Below, in pieces: positions 1 to 12,323 of a stretch of 64,000 nt of DNA (its first letter is position 1; every line of letters starts with the position of its first letter). Origin of the DNA: Mobula hypostoma (lineage: Eukaryota); contig NC_086109.1 of the NCBI RefSeq assembly GCF_963921235.1, positions 2,604,001-2,668,000 of the forward strand, in the 5' to 3' direction. Position numbers and translations under genes: made by a program. Below the pieces are notes generated by a model. It saw only the letters and a list, made by a program, of their open reading frames with translations, was not told where the DNA came from and ran no database searches.

Positions 1-441
1 TAGATTATGAGGAGAGATTGGGTTGCCAGGGACTGTCCTCACTGGAATTCAGAAGGATCAAAGGCGATCTTACAGGAACTTATGAAAGGGATAGATCAAC
101 TCTAGGCAGGAAAGCTGTTTCCACTGGTAGGTGAGACAAGAATGAGGGGACGTAGCCTCAACGTTCGAGGGGGTAAATTTAGGCCAGAGATGAGGAGGAA
201 CTGCTTTTCTCAAAGACTGGTGGATCTGTGGAATTCATTGCCCAATGAAGCAGTGGAGGGTACCTCATTAAAAATATTTAAGACAAGGTTGGATAGAGTT
301 TTGCATAATAGAGGAATTACGAATTATGGGGAAAAGGTAGGTAGGTGGAGATGAGTCCATGGTCAGGTCAGCCAAGGTCTTATTCAGTGGCAGAGCAGGC
401 TTGACGGGCCAGATGGCCTACTCCTGGTTCTATTTCTTATG
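1..441 (+). mobile_element. CR1 LINE 3' fragment (RT C-terminus and 3' UTR)
   Basis: ORF 142-354 (RNCFSQRLVDLWNSLP) matches the CR1 ORF2 C-terminus. It ends in the CTATTTCTTATG tail shared with the CR1 ends at 10773 and 62745. Confidence 0.85.
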
Positions 442-1036
442 AAGTGGAAATGAGCATGAGAGATGTCTAACAGGAAATGTGGTGTAGGATCCTCTAACAA
501 TATGTAGAAGGGAAAGGAATGATGCCAGTGTCTGACAGACAGGCTGAGACAGGGAAAATTATTTTAGTTTAAGGAACTAGCAGCGAAACTAAACTGAACT
601 CTCTTCAGTTCCACCTTCACTGAAATAAAAACATAACATATTGGCAATAGTCAGCATTTTTTGTTTTTATTTTAGATTTCCAGGATCTGATGTTTCTAAA
701 TTTCTGCCCCATTTCTACTGGCTGTGGCAAACAAACAGTTTCTTGGAACTCAGAGAGAAGTTGAAAGTGTGTTTGCACTGGGGTTTGTATCGTGTCACTC
801 TGCATATCTCAGTATGAGTTGCTGGGTGGTTTACAGTGACACCAGGACATTGCGTTCCAACACCTTTATTCTGTAAGTCATTTTCTGCTTGGTTAACCCA
901 CAGCTACCTCCGGACTGGAAAATGCACTGCAGCTGGTCACTGCACGTGTCAGTTGTCACATTTTAATTACCGACTAAACACCAGACGAAGAAAACCAGTC
1001 ATCTGAATTGTACCAAAGATAACCCAGTAACCAGAG

Positions 1037-1330
1037 TTTTATTTATTTTATTTTATTTTATTGAGATACAGCATCAAATAGGCCCTTCTGGCCCTTCAAG
1101 CCTCAATGCACAGTAACCCACTAATTTCACCCTAGCCGACTCACAGGACAGTTTACAATGAGCCATTAACCTACCAGCCAGTACGTTGTTGGAATCTGGG
1201 AGGACACCAGAGCACCTGGAGGAAATGTACACAGTCACAGTGAGAACATACAAACTCCTTGCAGGCTGCACAGGGAATTGAACCTGGGTCGACTGTACTG
1301 TAAAGTGTTGTACTAAACGCTGCACAACTA
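1037..1330 (-). mobile_element. tRNA-derived SINE, V-SINE/HE1-like
   Basis: On the - strand: B-box GGTTCAATTCCC (1273-1284), then a V-SINE-like core (GGAGTTTGTATGTTCTC...TCCTCCAGGTGCTCTGGTGTCCTCCCA) and an (AAAT)n tail at 1037-1062. Confidence 0.75.
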
Positions 1331-1544
1331 TTCCACCTTTGGTGGATCCAACTCAACAATTCAAGGTTCTTTCTCTTCACCATCTGATTCCAGAATGATC
1401 CACGTGCCCATGGACCATATCTCAATACTTTCTGTTCTCCATCTTTGTCTAGTCCTTTAATTTGTAGATTTCAATGTCTTCTGTACTATACTTCCAGAAC
1501 AAAGCAACAGATTTCACACAGTATCTTAGTGATAATAGATCAGT

Positions 1545-2158
1545 TTCAGGTTGTGCCACTCGTTGGAAACATTACAGCCTGGTATGAAAACCCCAGTGCC
1601 CAGCAATGGAAATGTCTACAGGAACTGCTGGACACAGCCCAGTCCGTCACAGGCAAAGCGCTCCACATCTTTGATCGCATTTACAAGGAGCACTGCCACG
1701 AGAAAGCAGCAGCCACCATCAAGGACCCCTGCTATCGGGGCCATGCTCTCTTCTTGCTGTCACCATCAGGAAAAAGGTGCAGGAGCCTTAGGTCCCAGAG
1801 TCCTGGGTTCAGAAACAGTTATCTTTCAACCATCCGGCTCCTGCCCGATGTGGATAACTACTCACCTCAATTCTGAACTGACTCCACAACCTATGGGCTC
1901 AATTTCAAGGACTCTGCAACTTGTCTTCTCAGTATTGTTTATCTATCTATCTACATATTTATTGTTTTTATTATTTATTTGCGCAAATTGTCTTTTGCTT
2001 GTTGGTTGTTTTTAACTCTTTGTTTATGATTTTCATAAATTCTATTGCATTTCTCATTTTCCTGTAAATTACCTCAAGAAAATAAATTTCAGGGTGGTCT
2101 ATGGTGACATCATATATACTTGGATAATAACTTTATTTTGCCCTTTACTTTGAATTTG
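1545..2158 (+). mobile_element. Rex1/L2-type LINE 3' fragment
   Basis: ORF 1445-1876 contains ITAWY...LQELLDTAQSVTG...IKDPCYRGHALF...SGKR, the RT C-terminus also seen in the 28351-31140 element. A 3' UTR with AATAA follows. Confidence 0.75.
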
Positions 2159-3682
2159 ATACACTAGCTGTATCAAACAAGGAACACCAACCAGGCCTCA
2201 GGAGGTGGAAGCCAAGGACCCCCCTGCTTTCAATGATTGCTTGTGCTTCGGTATTTCAAAACCTTCGATGCATTGATGAATTTCAGAAATTAACGTTGCT
2301 GAAACAGACTGAACGATGTCAAATGATTAAAGCAGTACTTGCAGAAAAAGGAAAGCGAAGCTTGGCTGATGTTTCAAAGTGGATTTGGTAACCTTATTCC
2401 AATGTGGGGGGGGCGTGGGTCTTCACTGAGGGTCCCGGTCAGGGTGGGAGCACAGGAGGGGGTCGGGAATGGGTCCAGAACTTGGTGATCGAGCCCCGCA
2501 TTGCGAGTGAGTTGAGAAAGAGCAGGAACAGAGATACGGAGCAGAGCTGCAAAAGCGAAGTGCGGATGTGGACAGCGAGGGCGGGGTGACTGCACTCCTT
2601 CCATTACACAGCTGGAGAAGTTTAGAGTGTCAGGGCAGCTCGCCTTCGCTGTCCGGAGGTGGAGCTCAGAGCTGCCAGCAGTGACAGAATGGTGCATGTC
2701 ATTCCTGCTGCCAGGGTTAAAGTGATTACAGACACCGGTGCATGGACATGCCCAACAGAGAGGGACCAGGAGACCAGTCAGTGTACAAGTATCCCTCAGA
2801 GAAAGTGTTCAAAGTTCAACTTTCAAAGTAAATTCATTATCCAAGTATGCATATGTCACCATGTGCTATTCAGAGGTACATTTTCTTGTGGGCACACAGT
2901 AGATCAAAGAAATAAAATAGAATCATTTAAAACTACACCCACACAAACAGATTGACAAACAATCAATATGCAAAAGATAACAAAATGGGCAAATCAAAGA
3001 AAAACAAATCATAATGATCAATTAATAGGTGAGTATCTGATACTGAGAACGTGAGCTGTAGACCCCTTGAAAGAGAGTCCACTGGTTATGGAATCAGTTC
3101 AATATGAGGGGAGTGAAGTTACAATATCCCCCAGAGGGAGAGGGACTGGAAAATGCATGTTTTACCACTCTCAGATCGATTGTGATAAAGTGCAGTAATT
3201 ACAGTGTGTAACAGAAAGATGGGGAGAACCATTGGATTGAGAAGAAACTCATTAGATTTCCTAAAGCAAGATCCTCAGGGCCTGGGCTGTCATGGTCCGT
3301 CCCCCCTCCGGCTAATCTGTTGCTCTGTGCTGGTGGTCTGTGGTTTTCTGGTTCGGTTCATATATCTCCTCCCACGCTAACTTCCTGTCTGCTCAGCTCT
3401 CAATCACTTGTACAGGCCAACGGTGTAGCAGGGCCCAACAGCTGAGTGAAAACTCCCTTTTCTCTCTCTTGTATTTTCTTCCCTGTCCATGGCATCTACG
3501 TTGTTGGACAAGGGCAGGCTATGGGTGATGTTCACTCCGAGAAACATGAATCTGTAAGACCTCTCTCTGAAGAGAATCAGAATCTGGCTTGTTATCACTG
3601 ATGTATGTTATGAAATGTGTTGTTTTGTGACAGCAGTATAGTGCAGTATATAACATATACTATCAATTACAAAAATTGGAGT

Positions 3683-4117
3683 CTCCCTCTCCACACTGCT
3701 GATGAATCCAAAGGAGCGGCAGAGATCAATACCGTTTGGCATCGGCAGAGTCACGGGAGCTGCCAGTCAGTGTTGAACTCAGCATAGGACTGCCTTAGGG
3801 ACTTCAGCTCTGGATTTTTCCCTGGGGTTTACTCCTGGAGACATCCCCACGAGTGGGTATAGCCGCAAGGCAGCCGAGGTCTGAGAACTGGGTTTTCCTT
3901 CTCCAAGGTGAGCTACCAGCTACTGCTGACGAGCCCCTTCTGTCAAACTGACTGGTTTTAAGACACCAGTACCCCACCTTTGCCCCGTCTCCGGTCAGTA
4001 GAAATAGTTCTGCTGGACAAAGCTGCAGGTGAAGGGCAGGATGGGTGTCAAGGGCTATTTGAGATGCACACTGTTGGGAGAATTCAATAGGTAGTGGGAG
4101 CTTACCCCCACCACCAA
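3683..4117 (+). mobile_element. Interspersed repeat, RTE-like non-coding fragment
   Basis: Recognised from memory as an RTE-type repeat segment (GGGTTTTCCTTCTCC...GACGAGCCCC...GACTGGTTTTAAG). It abuts and truncates the C2-exon relic at 4118. Confidence 0.4.
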
Positions 4118-4319
4118 CCGTACATTGGCTCTGAAGTTGGGACGCAGGGATGAAAGATGAGTAAAGGAGATCCTTGCGAACGCCTCGAACCCCGACTCCC
4201 CCATCCCATCCCCAACGGTTCTGAGTGAACCCTAAGATGATCCCAACTCATTTCCTCCCACCAGTTTAACCCTTCCCTCACTCTTCAGTTCAGCCAGTTG
4301 CTGCTGAAGGATGTTATCC
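4118..4319 (-). pseudogene. Relic of a minus-strand CD2/SLAM paralog: end of intron 2 plus first 13 nt of the C2 exon
   Basis: The reverse complement aligns to 35960-36150: CAGCAGCAACTG.CTGAACTGAA...GAGGGAAGGGTTAAAC, GATCTCCTTTACTCATCTTT, then acceptor CTTCAG|AGCCAATGTACGG versus CCCAG|AGCCGGTGTCAGG. Confidence 0.75.
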
Positions 4320-5225
4320 AGAGAGAGTGTGACAGGACAGTGCACTGAGAGTTCTTCAGTCTGTATCCAACCGTGTCCAGGAAGTGTGTGGCATGACAGT
4401 GTAGAGAGCCAGAGCATTACTGCGACACTCCGCTGCACATTTCTGGCACAATCTTTCTTTCCTGGGCTCACCTGAGGAACCTGGTCCTGTGCACGACAAT
4501 GGAACAAGGTGCCAAGCTGCCTCAGGGTGCTGACAAAAAATTGCCCCACTAACCTGGCTCCGTATGTCCAGCCAGAGCCAGGGCCCTGAGGTAAAGGGTT
4601 TCTGTCAACACCACCACCGGCCACAGGAACTGAGCGTAGAAGACTACAATGTTTACATAATTTTCACGTTGCGCACTTTGGGCAGATTTGTGTTTCAGTT
4701 GAAGAGCATGAAGAACATAAGGAAATGAGAGCATGAGTGTGCCAGTCAGTTCCTTGATCTTTGTATCATCTGCAGAGCACAACAAGCAGCGAAAAATTCT
4801 TAAAGTGCTCCCAGGTAAAGAATTCCAGAGTTTCAATGTACCACCCCCCCCCATGAGAAGAAATATGCACCTCCATTTCAAACAACTGCCCCTTTACCAT
4901 GTGACCTTTGCCTGAGACTCCTCACTAATGGAAACACCTCAGCATCTACCCTGACATGCCCCCTCGGGACCTTAAATGAGTAAACAAGATTACGCCTCAT
5001 TCTTCCAAACAACAATGAACAAAAGCCTAATTTGACCACATCGACACCACCGACAAGCACGCTGCTCACTCCATCCCTTACCACCTGCTGGTACTGCCCC
5101 TGCTGGGGTCAATGTAGAGACTGAAGCGTGCGAAGAGTATGACAGTGTGGTCTGAGGGGACTGATGGTCCACTTCAGGACTGGACAATGGTCAAGACCAC
5201 TTTGCCCAGCCTGAATGAGTGTCAA

Positions 5226-5835
5226 CAAGAAATATGTTGACCACAGGATACGAGAGCAGAATTTGGCCGTTCAGCTCATTGAGTTAGTTCTGCCTGTCAA
5301 TCATGGATCATTCTCCTTTCCAATATCATTTTCCTGTCTTCTTCCCATAACTTTTAACCCCCTTACCGATCAGCAACCTAACAACCTCCGCTTTAAATTT
5401 ACCCAATGACTTGGTTTTCACAGCCATCTCTGGCAAAGAATTCCACAGATTCATCACCAACTGGCTGAATAAATTTCTCCTTACATCAGTTTTAAAGACC
5501 CCTTTCCTTTGCTCCGTGGCTAGGCTCTCGGATCCTAGACCCTCCTACTAATGAAAACATCTCTTCACATCTACTCTATACGAAACCTTCAGTATCCGAT
5601 AGATTTCAATGTAATCCCTTCTTATCTTCCTAAACTCCAATATGTGCAGTCCCAGATACGTCAAACGTTTCTCATAGGTTAAGTATTTCATTATTGAAAT
5701 CATTCTTGAGATCTTCCTCCTGACCATATCCAAGGCCAAAGCACCTTTCCTTAGACAAGAGGGAAAAATTGCTCACAGTATTTCAAAAGTGTGGTTTGAT
5801 CAACGCTTATGAAGCCTCAGCAATACTTCTCAAAT
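5226..5835 (-). mobile_element. CR1 LINE 3' fragment, degenerate
   Basis: ORF 5548-5739 (TYEKRLTYLGLHILEFRKIRRDYIEIYRIL) is the CR1 RT C-terminus. Confidence 0.75.
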
Positions 5836-5844
5836 ACTGCTGCC

Positions 5845-6318
5845 ACTGTGCGATCAAGAATCTCCGGAGGGAAGGCCACAAAATCCTCAACTTTGCCTGC
5901 TGCTGGTGACCGGAGCTGAGGTCAAAGCATTCGGCAGAGATGGTGCTCGGTATTCGGTGTCGGAGGGCTGGTTGGAGCTCGAAGTTTTCGGACGACTCAG
6001 AGTCGGACTGTGGTTGGGTATGGCAGGGAGAGTTTTCTTCCTTCTCCCGTCTGCGTGAGATGTGGGACTTTCGAGAGACTTTGAACTTTTACCCTGCTCA
6101 CGGCTTGTTCTTCATCAAGTTACAGTATTGTTTGCGCTGTTGTAACTATATGTTATAATTATGTGGTTTTTGTTAGTTTTTCAATCTTGGTCTGTCCTGT
6201 GTTTCTGTGATATCACACCGGAGGAATATTGTATCATTTCTTAATGCTTGCATTACTAAATGACAATAAAAGAGGACTGCGTGTCCACATAATCTAATCT
6301 AATCGAATAATCTAATCT
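5845..6318 (+). mobile_element. LINE 3' UTR fragment ending in an (AATCT)n tail
   Basis: AATAAA at ~6266 followed by AATCTAATCTAATC repeats. No coding match. Confidence 0.5.
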
Positions 6319-6777
6319 TCTTCAGCCTCCAGCTCCCAGCCATCTCAGAAACACTGACACTGGGCATTTGTCTACCCCAGCAGATACTTGGAGATTCACA
6401 TACCCAGCACCCTGGTCAATGGGCCTCGATTTCCAGACTTCCAATTCAACCCTCAAGTGTAGATCCTCAGCATTGATGCCAGGACCCACTGATCACTAAA
6501 CACCCGGCCTCAAACTCTCGTCACCGAGTCACAAACCCAGTGGGTCATCAGACCTCGCTCCTCCTGCTCACATGGAAATCTGACTCCAAGAGCTGCCAAC
6601 AATTTGCTAATCCAGGGAGGGAGAGGGGGCTCCAACCTTCACCCATGCTGTTCTACCAGTTCAGCATGTGGCTGGACATCCCGGCCCAGCCCACGGATGT
6701 CCCACGTTATCGCTGGTCTTTGAACATGGAGACATCACACTCCAGCCTGTCCTCTAATTGCCCCACATCCTTGTCAT

Positions 6778-7588
6778 AAACACTAACCTGATCCTAACGC
6801 CTTCGCTGTCCCCCAAACCCATCCCCATAAACCCCCCAAAACACTAACTTGTTCCTGACGCCCTCCCTGTCCACCAAACCCATCCCCATCAACCCAAAAA
6901 AACACTAACTTCATCCTAACGCCCCCGTCCCCCAAACCCATCCCCATAAACCCAAAGAAACACTAACTTGTTCCTGACGCCCTCCCTGTCCCCCAAATCC
7001 ATCCAAACCCAAAGAAACACCAACCAGATACTAACACCCCTCCATACCCCAAACCCATCCCCATAAACCCAAAAAAAACTAACTAGATACTAACATCCCT
7101 CCATACCCCAAACCCATCCCCATAAACCCAAAGAAACACTGAACTGATTCTTATGGCCCTCCCTGTCCCCCAAACCCCAAAACACACTAACCAGATACTA
7201 ACACCCCTCCGTACCCCAAACCCATCCCCATAAACCCAAAAAAACCCACTAACCAGATACTAACACCCCTCCATACCCCAAACCCATCCCCATAAACACA
7301 AAAAAAACCACTAACCAGATACTAACATCCCTCTGTACCCCAAACCCATCCCCATAAACCCAAAGAAACACTGAACTGATTCTTATGGCCCTCCCTGTCC
7401 CCCAAACCCCAAAACACACTAACCAGATACTAACACCCCTCCGTACCCCAAACCCATCCCCATAAACCCAAAAAAAACCACTAACCAGATACTAACACCC
7501 CTCCATACCCCAAACCCATCCCCATAAACCCAAAGAAACACTGAACTGATTCTTATGGCCCTCCCTGTCCCCCAAACCCATCCCCAAA
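6778..7588. repeat. C-rich minisatellite, ~60-62 bp unit, ~13 copies
   Basis: Recurrent unit CACTAACCAGATACTAACACCCCTCCATACCCCAAACCCATCCCCATAAACCCAAA. The variant unit GAACTGATTCTTATGGCCC recurs at 7141, 7373 and 7543. Confidence 0.95.
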
Positions 7589-7591
7589 GAC

Positions 7592-8000
7592 GTGGTGATC
7601 AGGAAAGCACATCAGTGCAAGTCCTTCCTTCGGTGTCTGAGTTGATTTGGCTTGTCCACAAGAATTCCCTCAAACTTCTACAGATGTGCCATTGAGAAAC
7701 TCCTGATAGGTTGCCTTTCAGCCTGGTATGGCATCTGTTCTGCTGTGGTTGACGGAACCTGTAGAGTGGTAACATTGCCCAGTTTATCAAGCCTCCTCAC
7801 CTCCTTCCACCCAGTCCATCTGCACGCTGTATTGCTTCAGGAAGACAAACAGTATTGTAAGAGATGATTACCATCCTGGCCAGTCCTTTGTCCTTACCTT
7901 CTGGGAGAAAGTTCACAGTCTTGAAAGTCTGAACAGCTCAAGATGAGCTTCTGTCCAAGACTTCTGAGCCAATCATCTCTTTCACATATCCCTTCCCAGT
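7592..8000 (+). mobile_element. Rex1/L2-type LINE RT 3' fragment, degenerate
   Basis: ORF 7652-7867 (SNFYRCAIEKLLIGCLSAWYG) matches the Rex1-type [19 protein letters not shown] motif. Confidence 0.65.
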
Positions 8001-8198
8001 GAGGTTACCATGTTCAAAGTCTCTTAATTCTACCTCACTTGGTTATTCCATTGTTTATTATTAGTATTATACATATGACTGTAATTAATTTTATATAAAA
8101 TATTATTGTTTGTTTTTGTAAACAATTATTACAATAAATATTGTTTTTATTAATAAATAATACTTGTTTTTGGCATTTGTTTTTGAAAACCTTCAGAT

Positions 8199-8300
8199 TG
8201 TCTTGATGAAGGGTCTCAGTTTGAAACGTTGACTGTTTATTCCCCTCCATGCACGGAGCCCGACCTGTTGAGTTCCTCCAGCATTTTGTGTGTGTTACTT
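8199..8300 (+). mobile_element. Penelope-like terminal fragment with a decayed hammerhead motif
   Basis: GTC-TTGATGA-A-GGGTCTCAGTTT-GAAAC-GTT-GACT (core C3 mutated to T), followed by the CCAGCATTTTGTGTGTG tail seen in other copies. Confidence 0.7.
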
Positions 8301-8669
8301 CAGATTGTACAATTCGCTGTTAAAATTTGCACTTTGTTGTTGTTTTGTATACTTCACTACATGTATGATTGTACTTATTATTACTATCTATGCTCTGTGA
8401 ACTTCAAGTGAGAAAGGAATTCTGGTGTACAGTACTAGCAAAGGACTTAGGCATATATATATAGTACTGTATTTCTCAACATGAAGTGGTGAGCGAGATT
8501 GGAAATCTTTCGGGAACAAAGGATGTTGGAAATGTTGAGGGTGGAGCACTGCGGGAGGAGTGTGGGATAGGTGGTAGAGAAAGTGCCAGCAGCAGGGGGG
8601 AGTAGCCCAGGTGCAGACACGCCCAGTCCTGAGACACCAGGCATAGTTATTTGATTCCAAATACACTAA

Positions 8670-10773
8670 TACAATACGACTTTGTGTGTACAAAGTCGCA
8701 AAGAGTAGTGGGAGACTGGAGGAATGGGAAAACTTTAAAAAGCAACAGAGAACAACTAGGCAAAAAATAAGGAAAGGCAAGATAAAGTATGAAAGTAAAT
8801 TAGCACAAAAAATAAAAACAGATAGCAAAAGTTTTTATAAATATATAAAGCAGAAGAGGGTGGCTAAAGTCAACATAGGTCCTTTGGAAGATGATGAGGG
8901 GAAATTGATATTAGGTGATAAGGAAATGGCTGAGGCATTGAACGACTATTTTGTGTCAGTCTTCATGGTGAAGGACACATCTAATTTGCCAAAGAAGGAT
9001 TTTATGGACATAATGGAAAGTGAGGACCTCGATAAGATCACTGTCACTAAAGAGATAGTGATGAGCAAACTAGAGAGCCTGAGGGTAATTAAGTCCCCTG
9101 GTCCTGATGGGATGCATCCCAGGGTGCTGAAGGAATTAGCGGAGGTTATAGTAGATGCGTTGGTAATCATTTATTAAATCTCTCTAGATTCTGGGCAGGT
9201 CCCGGCGGAATGGAAGACAGCAAATGTCACGCCACTTTTTAAAACAGGATGTTGGCAAAAGACGGGCAACTATAGGTCAGTTAGCTCAACATCTGTAGTT
9301 GGGAAAATGCTTGAAGCTGTCACTAAGGAAGAAATAGCGAAACATTTGGAAAGGAGTGGTTCCATTAGACACTCCTAATGGATTCAGAAAGGGCAGGTCC
9401 TGTTTGACAAACTTACTGGAGTTCTTTGAGGACATAATAAGTGCAGTGAATAGAGGGGAACAGGTGGATGTCGTATACTTGGATTTTCAGAAAGCGTTCG
9501 ATAAGATGCCGCACAAGAGACTTAATAAATAAGATACGGATGCATGGAGTTGGAGGAAGAGTATTGACATGGACAGTGGATTGGTTAAACCAATAGAAGG
9601 CAGAGAGTTGGTATAAGTGGGTGTTTCTCCGGTTGGCAGTCAGTGGTGAGTGGGGTGCCGCAGGGGTTAGTGCTGGGCCCACAGCTGTTTACCATTTACA
9701 TTGATGGTTTGGAAGAAGGGACTGAGTGTAGCGTAGCAAAATTTGCTGATGACACTGAGTGGAAAAGCAAGTTGTTCAGAGGATGTGGAGGGTCTGCAGA
9801 GGGATATAGATAGGTTAAGTGAGTGGGCCAACGTCTGGCAGATGGAATACAACATTAGTAAATGAGAGATCATGCAATTTGGAAGGAATAATAGAAGAGC
9901 AGATTATTATTTAAATGGTGTAAGATTGCAGCATGCTGTTGTGCAGAGGGACTTGGGAGTACTTGTGCATGAATCGCAAAAAATTGGCTTGCAGGTACAA
10001 CAGGTTATTAAGAAGGCAAACGGAATGTTGGCTTTCATTGCTAGAGGGATTGAAGTCAAGAGCAGGGAGGTCATGCTGCAACTATACAGGGTACTGGTGA
10101 GGCCGCACCTGGAGTACTGTGTGCAGTTCTGGTCTCCATACTTGAGGAAGGTTATACTGGCTTTGGAGGCAGTGCAGAGGAGGTTCACCAAGTTGATTCC
10201 AGAATGAAGTTGTTAACCTATGAGGACAGGTTGAAGGGTCTCGGCCTGAAACATTGACTGTACCCTTTCCTATAGATACTGCCTGGCCTGCTGTGTTCCA
10301 CCAGCATTTTGTGTCTGTTGCTTGAGGAGAGATTGAGTCGTCTGGGACTATACTGTCCGGAGTTCAGAAGAATGAGAGGGATCTTATAGAAAAATACAAA
10401 ATTTTGAACGGGATAGATAAGATAGAAGTAGGAAAGTTGTTTCCATTGGTAGGTGAGACTAGAACTAGGGGACATTGCCTCAAGATTCAGGGGAGAAGAT
10501 AGAGGACGGAGATGAGGAGAAATTGTTTTTCCCAGAGAGTGGTGAATCTGCGGAATTCTGTGCCTAGGGAAACAGTTAAGGCTTCTTCATTAAATATATT
10601 TAAGAAAATGTTAGATAAGTTTTTACATAATAAGGGAGTTAAGGGTTATGGGGGAAAAGGCAGGTAGATGGAGCTGAGTTTGCAGGCAGATCAGCCATGA
10701 TCTTATTGAATGGCGGGGCAGGCTCGATGGGCCGGATGGCCAACTCCTGTTCCTATTTCTTATGTTCTTATGT
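8670..10773 (+). mobile_element. CR1 LINE, 5'-truncated, frameshifted ORF2
   Basis: ORFs 8686-9177 ([16 protein letters not shown]) and 9872-10207 ([15 protein letters not shown]). The RT core between them is broken. Ends in a (TTCTTATG)2 tail at 10755-10773. Confidence 0.92.
10227..10322 (+). mobile_element. 96-bp Penelope-derived mini-insertion inside the CR1
   Basis: Interrupts CR1 TATGAGGA|GAGATTGAGTCG and is flanked by TGAGGA at 10221-10226 and 10323-10328. Contains GAAGGGTCTCGGCCTGAAACATTGACT and the Penelope tail. Confidence 0.8.
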
Positions 10774-12049
10774 TCAAACAATCACTTTATTGGCCATTAC
10801 AGAATATCTCTCTGATGCCTTCTGCTCCCTCCCCTCTCACTTCTCCTTTTCCCAACCATGATTCCTGCCTCTCCTGTGTCCTTCTTACTCTTTAGAGACC
10901 CATATCAGGATCAGGTTTATCATCTTTCATATGTCATGAAAATTGTTTCTTTTTGCAGCAGCAGTACAGTGCAATGCATAAAGTTACTTCAGTAGTGTGC
11001 AAAAGTCTTCAGCTCCCTGCAGCGTATATTTGCATGGTTCTGTATATGACGATAAATACATCTGAATCTGAACCTTTAGCTGTTCATGGAAGGGCTGGCT
11101 GCTCATTCCACAAAGTAGCCTGGTGAATCTCATTCAGACTGCCTCCGATGTCCTTCCTTAAATACGGTGAACTAAATAGATTCATACGGCGAACTTGAGT
11201 GTGTGGCACTCACAGTGCAGTTTCATCAACATCCTGTACAACTATAACAACACTTCCCCATTTCTAAACCCCAGCCTCCTCGTAATAAAGCCCAGTCTTT
11301 GCTTTCCTCTACAAGAAACTAAGAACATAGCCTCTGTTTTTCCGATAGTTCTACCTCGATCCAGTGTCACAACCATCTGTCTTTTGCAACAGACTTCCTC
11401 TAAAAACAACTATCAAGATGTGTTTTTATTTAATGAATTCTCTTCACAACAAGCTCTCCCTCCTTCTGTAAGCTGCAGCCTCCAACACACAGCGCAAGAG
11501 CAGCTCCCTCCCGCAGCAATCTGCCATTTCTCCACCCAAGCTTTCGATTGAGCTATGTACAGCTGCATCCTTTGACAATCTTCCTTGTTGTGCACATCGA
11601 TTTCTTTGCATCATTTGCAAACTTACTGACATTTTCATCTAAATCATCAATGTATACAGTTTTACAAATAGAAGTTCCAGAAATGACCTTTGCAGAACAC
11701 AACTAGGCACAGACCTCCAGTGAGAATGACCTTCCTCAACTATCTCTCTGGTTTCTATGGCCGAGACGATTCTGTATCCTAGTTAACAAGTGGTCATGGA
11801 TAGCAGATGATTTAGTCTTCCAACCAGCCATGAGGGACCTTATCAAATACTATGCTGAAGTCCATTTAGGCAACACATACCTCCAATCAACTACAACTAA
11901 CTTCATCACTTCCTTAAAATCCCAATCAAATCTGGGAGGCAAAGTGCAAGCTGTACTCTGCAAAGGTGTAACTGAACAATAATGAGTCAAGTTTATTTCT
12001 ACTTCACCAGTGTCTTGAGAATGTGTGACAGGACACTGGTGAGGTAGAA

Positions 12050-12323
12050 ATAACCTTGGGAGTGTGTGATAAGACACCGTCAAGGGAGCTTCTGTATCTA
12101 ACCTGTACTCTGGTAGGGTGCAACTGGACAGACAAGATGCAGTTTAACTTTGTAACTAACCTCCGCACTGACCGTGTGTGATGGGACAGTGCAGACCCTT
12201 GGTACTCAATGTCAGGTGGTGGTGTGAGTGAGGGGCTGAACAAGACCAGAGGCTATGCCTATATTTAACTATCTTGTCTCTCTCTCTCTCACAGTGATGA
12301 GAAGCTGTCTATGTCAATGTCGG
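12050..12323 (+). pseudogene. Upstream paralog (copy 0): intron plus 5' part of the TM exon (starts 12295), truncated by Tc1
   Basis: 12050-12294 aligns to 37330-37564. The acceptor (TC)nACAG|TG is phase 1 and gives VMRSCLCQCR versus [10 protein letters not shown]. The hydrophobic segment is absent. Confidence 0.8.

Noticed and set aside
3219-3380. 53-aa ORF with a hydrophobic stretch (LRLICCSVLVVCGFL) as a possible leader
   Set aside because: The hydrophobic core is too far from the ATG and there is no credible phase-1 donor.
6778-7588. Repeat array as a CRISPR or telomeric array
   Set aside because: No unique spacers, no TTAGGG runs, and a eukaryotic context.
11990-12045. Possible 3' end of the copy-0 C2 exon (TGTGACAGGACACTG|GTGAG)
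   Set aside because: Only short, gapped similarity, with an in-frame stop, and the upstream sequence is CR1. Too weak to call.
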